This document shows positions 50,956 through 54,939 of a DNA stretch of 54,939 bases, one piece after another. Source of the stretch: Candidatus Uhrbacteria bacterium (GTDB taxonomy: Bacteria > Patescibacteriota > Patescibacteriia > UBA9934 > GWF2-40-263); assembly GCA_026395055.1 (NCBI GenBank), contig JAPLZK010000002.1, forward strand, positions 1 to 54,939, written 5' to 3'. Position 1 is the first letter of the stretch, and every line of letters begins with the position of its first letter. The position numbers and the translations under genes were made by a program. The notes under the pieces were generated by a model. It saw nothing but the letters and a program-made list of their open reading frames with translations, had not been told where the DNA came from and ran no database searches.

Positions 50956-52335
50956 ATGAAGTACACGATTCCGTTCCTGGTGTTCGCCATCCTCCTCGCC
51001 GCGTGCGAGACGACGAATGTGTACCCGACCAAGGTGGTTGAGGTGCAGCAGACGTCGAGTGCTCCCGTGGTCGAGACCAAGGTGGTTGAAGTGAAGACGA
51101 AGATCGACTGCGCGTTGATCGATCCGTCGTTCGTGCCGCAGGGTGACAACAACTGCGTCTCGATCTGCGTCGCGTGCCTGAACGGCGGCGGCCAGTGCCT
51201 CGACACGAACAAGAATGGATACGGCGACACATGTGTGACGTCGTTGCCCTCGAGCGAAACGCCTGTCGATGCGCCGCCACAAGCGACGCCGGCAGAATCG
51301 CCCGCGGTTCCGTTCTGCATGGACTATGACAACGACGGGTACGTCAATTGTGACGGCTCGTGTCTGGTTCCGTCGAATCAGCTGTGCGGCGACTGTAGCA
51401 ATTTTGACCCGACGGTTCACCCCGGCGCGGAAGAGATCTGCGACAACGTCGACCAGAACTGCGATGGCAACACGGATCTGGATCTGATGACGGTCTACCG
51501 CGAGGACAAGGACAGTGATGGGTTCGGTGACGCGTTCAGTAAGATTACTCTTGCATGCAAAACGCCGGCCGGATTCGCGAGCGGACAGTTGGATTGCAAC
51601 GACGCGGACGCTTCGGTTCACCCCGGCGCGGACGAGGTGTGCAGCGACAACATCGACAACAACTGCAATCAGCAGGTCGACGAGTTGCCGTGCGTGACGT
51701 ACGAAGAGTTGTGCGGTGACAGCATCGACAACAACAAGAACGGCAAGACGGATGAAGACTGCGACTGCTCGTATGTGAATACCGGCAAGTCGGCGTCGAA
51801 TCTGCTCTATGCGAATTGGTGCAATAAGTGCACGGCGGAGTGCAAGCTTCTGCCGGACATCGACGTCACGAAGGACAGCTACAAGCTCGTGCTCGTGTGG
51901 GGCGACAAGGCCGATGCGAATTGGCCCTACATGAACACATTCAAGTACAAGCAGGAAACCGAGCCCGGCCTCTCTGGTATTGGTTACACCACGACGCAAA
52001 CGTGGGACTCCTGGTCGGGTGTCGATTTCTACAAGGGTACGTTCGTCGCGATCGATCTCGATCCTGCTGTGAAGTACATTCGGTTCAACGAAATGCAGTA
52101 CCCGGGCACCTGGGAAATCTGCAATGCCGCCAAGGTGACGGACACCTTCGTGGATTTCAACGCCCTCAACTTGCCGATGATCTACGTCGTCAAAAATGGC
52201 GTGTGGGAAAACGTCACGTCCAAGGTCGGCATGCAAGTCGCTCTCGATGTCGTGAGCGGCGGCAAGACCCCGAAGTCGGGAAGCCCCTCTGGCTACCCCG
52301 TGCCGAATTACTGCTCGGCGTACATCACGTTCTAG
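50956..52335 (+). CDS. lipoprotein with Cys/Asp-rich MopE-like (putative metal-binding) repeats and a beta-rich C-terminal domain
   Basis: Lipobox ILLAAC. Repeats such as DCSNFDPTVHPGAEEICDNVDQNCDGNTD and DCNDADASVHPGADEVCSDNIDNNCNQQVDE. ATG 50956 after GGAGG, within ORF 50869-52335. Confidence 0.75.
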   Translation: MKYTIPFLVFAILLAACETTNVYPTKVVEVQQTSSAPVVETKVVEVKTKIDCALIDPSFVPQGDNNCVSICVACLNGGGQCLDTNKNGYGDTCVTSLPSSETPVDAPPQATPAESPAVPFCMDYDNDGYVNCDGSCLVPSNQLCGDCSNFDPTVHPGAEEICDNVDQNCDGNTDLDLMTVYREDKDSDGFGDAFSKITLACKTPAGFASGQLDCNDADASVHPGADEVCSDNIDNNCNQQVDELPCVTYEELCGDSIDNNKNGKTDEDCDCSYVNTGKSASNLLYANWCNKCTAECKLLPDIDVTKDSYKLVLVWGDKADANWPYMNTFKYKQETEPGLSGIGYTTTQTWDSWSGVDFYKGTFVAIDLDPAVKYIRFNEMQYPGTWEICNAAKVTDTFVDFNALNLPMIYVVKNGVWENVTSKVGMQVALDVVSGGKTPKSGSPSGYPVPNYCSAYITF

Positions 52336-52351
52336 TCCGCTCTTTCACTCG

Positions 52352-52435
52352 CTCAATCAACTCTCGGAAGTTCCGAAGTTGATTGAGTCTTTTCCAGAGA
52401 TCCGCATCGAAAGGCGATGGAGAGATCTGAGAAAG
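52352..52435 (+). repeat. intergenic module family 2, copy a
   Basis: CTCAATCAAC tctcggaagttccgaa GTTGATTGAG TCTTTTCCAGAGATCCGCATCGAAAGGCGATGGAGAGATCTGAGAAAG. Confidence 0.85.
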
Positions 52436-52487
52436 CTCATTGGTCAGTTCCGTAACATGATCGGCACGTTCCGATCGGAGGCATCAA

Positions 52488-52778
52488 ATGAACAAGAAGG
52501 AAATCCAGGTAGTCGTTGCGTCGATCGTCTGCTTTCTCGAGGCCATGGGCTGTCGCGCGCTCTCGCTCGAAGAGTACGTCAGTCTCACGTTCGATCTCGC
52601 CACGGGCAAGGAGTTCTTCCACTACAGGGCATTCGATCGCTTCACCGAGCTCAACCTCAAGGTCGGCCGCGAATCGTTTGCAATCGTGAACGTCCGTGAC
52701 GTGTGCGATGTGTACATGACGAAATGGTTGAACAACCAGCTCACGATGCGTCTTGCGGCGGCGGCTACCGCGGCGTAG
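52488..52778 (+). CDS. hypothetical protein (96 aa)
   Basis: ORF track. GGAGG 8 nt upstream. Confidence 0.6.
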   Translation: MNKKEIQVVVASIVCFLEAMGCRALSLEEYVSLTFDLATGKEFFHYRAFDRFTELNLKVGRESFAIVNVRDVCDVYMTKWLNNQLTMRLAAAATAA

Positions 52779-52801
52779 GTTTGTCCTTTTTCTTCCACTC
52801 G

Positions 52802-52882
52802 CTTAATCATCTCTCGGAAGTTCCGAAGTTGATTGAGCCTTTTTCAGAGATCGCAAGCGTGTGCTTGTAGGATCTGAGAAAG
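52802..52882 (+). repeat. intergenic module family 2, copy b
   Basis: CTTAATCATC tctcggaagttccgaa GTTGATTGAG CCTTTTTCAGAGATCGCAAGCGTGTGCTTGTAGGATCTGAGAAAG. The inner helix is replaced and the outer helix is kept. Confidence 0.85.
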
Positions 52883-52890
52883 TGGTGAGA

Positions 52891-52924
52891 CCACCCCCTA
52901 ACCCCCTCCTTGTGAAGGCGGGGG
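52891..52924 (+). repeat. C-tract + GC hairpin 3'-UTR element, copy 3 (plus orientation)
   Basis: CCACCCCCTAACCCCCTCCTTGTGAAGGCGGGGG, which is the reverse complement of the 44287 and 47769 copies. Confidence 0.8.
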
Positions 52925-52969
52925 AATAATGAGCTTGCTCCGCCGTGGCGGGGTCGCAAGGAGAGTCAG

Positions 52970-53338
52970 ATGATTCAGCACAAGAATTCGTTGAGTGACA
53001 AGGCGATGCTTGCAGCGTTCGAGACCCTCGTCGCACGAGAACTCGTGACGCGGCAGGAATTGCTGCGGTGGAATTGCGATGCGCAGCTCAACGCACGCAA
53101 GACGCTCTTCACGATCGTGTTCAAGAATCGTGGCAACTCGCGGCGCATCGAATGCGAAGTGCCGGCGACGCTCGACACGCTTCCGGACGGCGGTGTGAAA
53201 ATCTCCGTCGAGATCCTGATGATCATGGCGGGCGCGACCAAGAAGGTTCCGGAAAGTCCGTGGACCGACGTCCTCTTCAACGCAGACAAGCCCCGCACCG
53301 TCCAAATGCGAACCGTGCTTCGTCGGCGCGCGGCGTAA
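52970..53338 (+). CDS. hypothetical protein (122 aa)
   Basis: ORF track. AAGGAGAG 5 nt upstream. Confidence 0.6.
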   Translation: MIQHKNSLSDKAMLAAFETLVARELVTRQELLRWNCDAQLNARKTLFTIVFKNRGNSRRIECEVPATLDTLPDGGVKISVEILMIMAGATKKVPESPWTDVLFNADKPRTVQMRTVLRRRAA

Positions 53339-53369
53339 TTCCTCGATAAGACAACATCCGGAGGAAACG

Positions 53370-53498
53370 ATGATTCGAAAGGTGATTCTGTTCCTGTCAT
53401 TTCTGGTGTTGGCGCTGAAAGTTTATGACGCCAACAAGGACATGAAGATGGAGATTTCGGATGAGCAACTGCATCAAATTCTCCTGAGGGCTCAGTAG
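53370..53498 (+). CDS. possible 42-aa signal-anchor peptide
   Basis: GGAGG 6 nt upstream. MIRKVILFLSFLVLALKVYDANKDMKMEISDEQLHQILLRAQ. Below the ORF-track cut-off. Confidence 0.45.
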   Translation: MIRKVILFLSFLVLALKVYDANKDMKMEISDEQLHQILLRAQ

Positions 53499-53518
53499 CT
53501 AACGTTCTTTCTAAACTC

Positions 53519-53639
53519 GTTCGATCAACACCTAGATCTCCCAGAAGTTGATCGAACCTGCCTCGACCTGTTTACCAAAACAGCGTCGGGGCCTTTTCCA
53601 GAGATCCGCATCGATAGGCGATGGAGAGATCTGCAAAAG
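53519..53639 (+). repeat. intergenic module family 2, copy c (with extra hairpin)
   Basis: GTTCGATCAAC ...GTTGATCGAAC, extra CGACCTGTTT acc AAAACAGCGTCG, then CCTTTTCCAGAGATCCGCATCGATAGGCGATGGAGAGATCTGCAAAAG. Confidence 0.85.
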
Positions 53640-53658
53640 TTCAAACGGAGGTAGTGAC

Positions 53659-53967
53659 ATGTTCACTCAAGAAGAAATCGCGGCGATCTGCGCCGAGTTC
53701 GAAGAAATCTGTCGCGGTTCGGGCGCGTTCTGGAGCATGGTCCGCGAGGATATGCAAAGGTATGAAGCGTCCATCGAACTCGACAACGATGGTTTCCGCA
53801 TCAGGGTGAATGGCGAGATCATGTTCGAAATGCTCTATTACGAACAGTCGTATCACTTTTTCCGCTGGATTCACGAGTCGAACAGCATGGTGCGACGAAG
53901 CGAGTTGCAAAAGGCCATCGAGATTTATGATCGCGTCGTCGGCAAGTTGCTCGGCGTTGCGGCGTAG
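53659..53967 (+). CDS. hypothetical protein (102 aa)
   Basis: ATG 53659 after GGAGG, within ORF 53548-53967. The ORF-track start lies inside the module. Confidence 0.6.
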   Translation: MFTQEEIAAICAEFEEICRGSGAFWSMVREDMQRYEASIELDNDGFRIRVNGEIMFEMLYYEQSYHFFRWIHESNSMVRRSELQKAIEIYDRVVGKLLGVAA

Positions 53968-54024
53968 ATCAATCGTTCAACAACAAAGCAGCCCACGATT
54001 GAGTTCGTCGGCAAGGAGAAGGTG

Positions 54025-54279
54025 ATGTCCAAAAACGTACGGCCGATCTCACTCGGAGAGTTGCAGCAGGAATCGCGCAAGAACATCGAACGCGAAGCGG
54101 CGACCAAGATGGGTCAGGTCGATCCAGATGACTTGAGCCCGCAGGAATACTTGAACGTGATCCACGAAGGCGAAAGCGATCAAGTCATCCCGGCAACAGG
54201 CGATGATGATCTCGATCTGCTGGAAGCCGCGGCTCAGCAATGCGATCGCAACGTCGGCGAATACGACAATCGTTGGTGA
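54025..54279 (+). CDS. hypothetical acidic protein (84 aa)
   Basis: AAGGAGAAGG upstream. ORF track 54022-54279. Confidence 0.6.
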   Translation: MSKNVRPISLGELQQESRKNIEREAATKMGQVDPDDLSPQEYLNVIHEGESDQVIPATGDDDLDLLEAAAQQCDRNVGEYDNRW

Positions 54280-54303
54280 TGCACCCGTTCCTTCCCTTAA
54301 CCT

Positions 54304-54389
54304 GTTCGACCTGCTCTCGGAAACTCCGTGAGTGCGTCGAACCTTTTCCAGAGATCCCGATCGAAAGGCGATGGAGAGATCTGTGAAAG
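54304..54389 (+). repeat. intergenic module family 2, copy d
   Basis: GTTCGAC ctgctctcggaaactccgtgagtgc GTCGAAC CTTTTCCAGAGATCCCGATCGAAAGGCGATGGAGAGATCTGTGAAAG. Confidence 0.85.
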
Positions 54390-54422
54390 TGTATGTAACC
54401 ACCCGCGTGAATTTGCGTCGGT

Positions 54423-54719
54423 ATGGAGTGTGAGAGGATGAAGTGTTTCAAGTATTATTACAATTCAGGTCTGATCTTGTTGATCGGAGTGATCATCACT
54501 TGCGCAACGCATGGTTTTTCCAGAACACCAAGTGTAGGGCTGCGTTGTGTGTTGTTCTGGCTCCAGATCGGTATTCCCGGTCTGTTGTTCGCCAAGGATA
54601 TCCTGATCGTAAAGCGAAGGATATCCCCGGAGCAAGTCACGAAGTTCTCCAAGTTCATCTTGATCCCCACGCAAATCATTGGACTCATTGTTTTGGTGGT
54701 GATGTACCAATCGATCTGA
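54423..54719 (+). CDS. hypothetical multi-TM membrane protein (93-98 aa)
   Basis: ORF track. Alternative start ATG 54438 after GAGAGG. Confidence 0.55.
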   Translation: MECERMKCFKYYYNSGLILLIGVIITCATHGFSRTPSVGLRCVLFWLQIGIPGLLFAKDILIVKRRISPEQVTKFSKFILIPTQIIGLIVLVVMYQSI

Positions 54720-54772
54720 TCTTTCCTCGCATAGTGCGGGACAAGAATTGAAAACATCAACAAGGTGAAGTT

Positions 54773-54939
54773 GTGACAAATCGTGAAATTGTGGAATTGG
54801 TGATCTATCTTCAATCGTGCCGTCAGAGTTTTGGGACGTATGAAGCCACATCGATAGAGATCGCAGAATTGGCTCTGAACCTGAAGGACGGCAATACAGT
54901 GGAGCAGCGGGTGAGGTTGTCCAATCCTCCCGCGATGTA
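54773..54939 (+). CDS. possible hypothetical protein, 5' part only (runs off window end)
   Basis: Frame open from GTG 54773 (weak AAGGTG upstream) to the window end: VTNREIVELVIYLQSCRQSFGTYEATSIEIAELALNLKDGNTVEQRVRLSNPPAM... Confidence 0.3.
   Translation, partial: MTNREIVELVIYLQSCRQSFGTYEATSIEIAELALNLKDGNTVEQRVRLSNPPAM

Noticed and set aside
50911-52236. 441-aa minus-strand ORF opposite the MopE-like lipoprotein gene
   Set aside because: It is a shadow ORF. The plus frame has an SD, a lipobox and recognisable repeats.
52352-54389. CRISPR array (regularly recurring ~45-nt conserved units)
   Set aside because: Spacing is irregular (about 450-1200 bp). The intervals contain SD-led ORFs. The units are bipartite hairpins rather than a single short direct repeat. 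No cas genes were seen.
49601-54389. Integron attC sites separating gene cassettes
   Set aside because: The architecture is reminiscent of an integron. However, I could not find paired RYYYAAC / GTTRRRY core sites flanking the hairpins (only an isolated GTTAGAC at about 50881), and no intI-like integrase lies in the window. I keep it as an open analogy in the findings, not as an annotation.
33010-54939. 23S and 5S rRNA genes downstream of the 16S
   Set aside because: No conserved 23S or 5S blocks were recognised anywhere downstream, and the 16S unit has its own terminator.

Overview
This is a 55-kb chromosomal window from a small-genome bacterium. Its 16S rRNA carries signatures I associate with Candidate Phyla Radiation/Patescibacteria: GTGCCAGCAGCAGCGGTAATAC at the 515 site and TGTACTCACCGCCCGTCACGTCA near position 1390. 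This placement is from reading the sequence, not from an alignment. The genetic code looks standard, since TGA serves as the stop in several ATGA overlaps.

The backbone is AT-richer housekeeping DNA, and almost none of its genes has a Shine-Dalgarno (SD) site. It contains rpsF-ssb-rpsR, epmA-efp, recA, a rodZ-like gene, ftsK, rpoB-rpoC, yebC, ruvC, tRNA-Gly, tlyA-maf, trmD plus a KH protein, tRNA-Ile/Phe/Pro and rpsP. It also holds a stand-alone 16S operon with its own promoter, processing stem and terminator, and no 23S or 5S in the window.

Interleaved with the backbone are GC-richer blocks of SD-led genes:
- pit plus three unknown genes (8.6-12.8 kb)
- one unknown gene between rpoC and yebC
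- a plsC-like gene plus a lone purC
- four unknown genes between the 16S and tRNA-Ile
- an 11.7-kb nine-gene envelope cluster (35.7-47.5 kb)
- an array of at least 12 small unknown genes (49.0-54.9 kb)

Main leads:
1. The envelope cluster joins a PspA/IM30 (ESCRT-III-like) protein with a tandem AAA+ ATPase. That ATPase is translationally coupled to an ABC importer. The cluster also has two solute-binding/OmpA fusion proteins and a VWA protein.
2. The small-gene array is punctuated by two families of structurally conserved bipartite hairpin modules.
3. A 2.1-kb insertion is flanked by a 69-bp direct repeat of the tRNA-Gly 3' end. It carries one internally duplicated P-loop ATPase gene and no integrase.
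4. An AAGGGRTTAGGG / CCCTAAYCCCTT inverted-repeat element sits where an SD would be, upstream of recA, ruvC and rpoB. One arm lies in-frame inside trmD.
5. There are several promoter-to-terminator non-coding units.

No CRISPR array, transposase, integrase or prophage genes were seen. All protein-family calls rest on motifs read by eye; no database search was possible.
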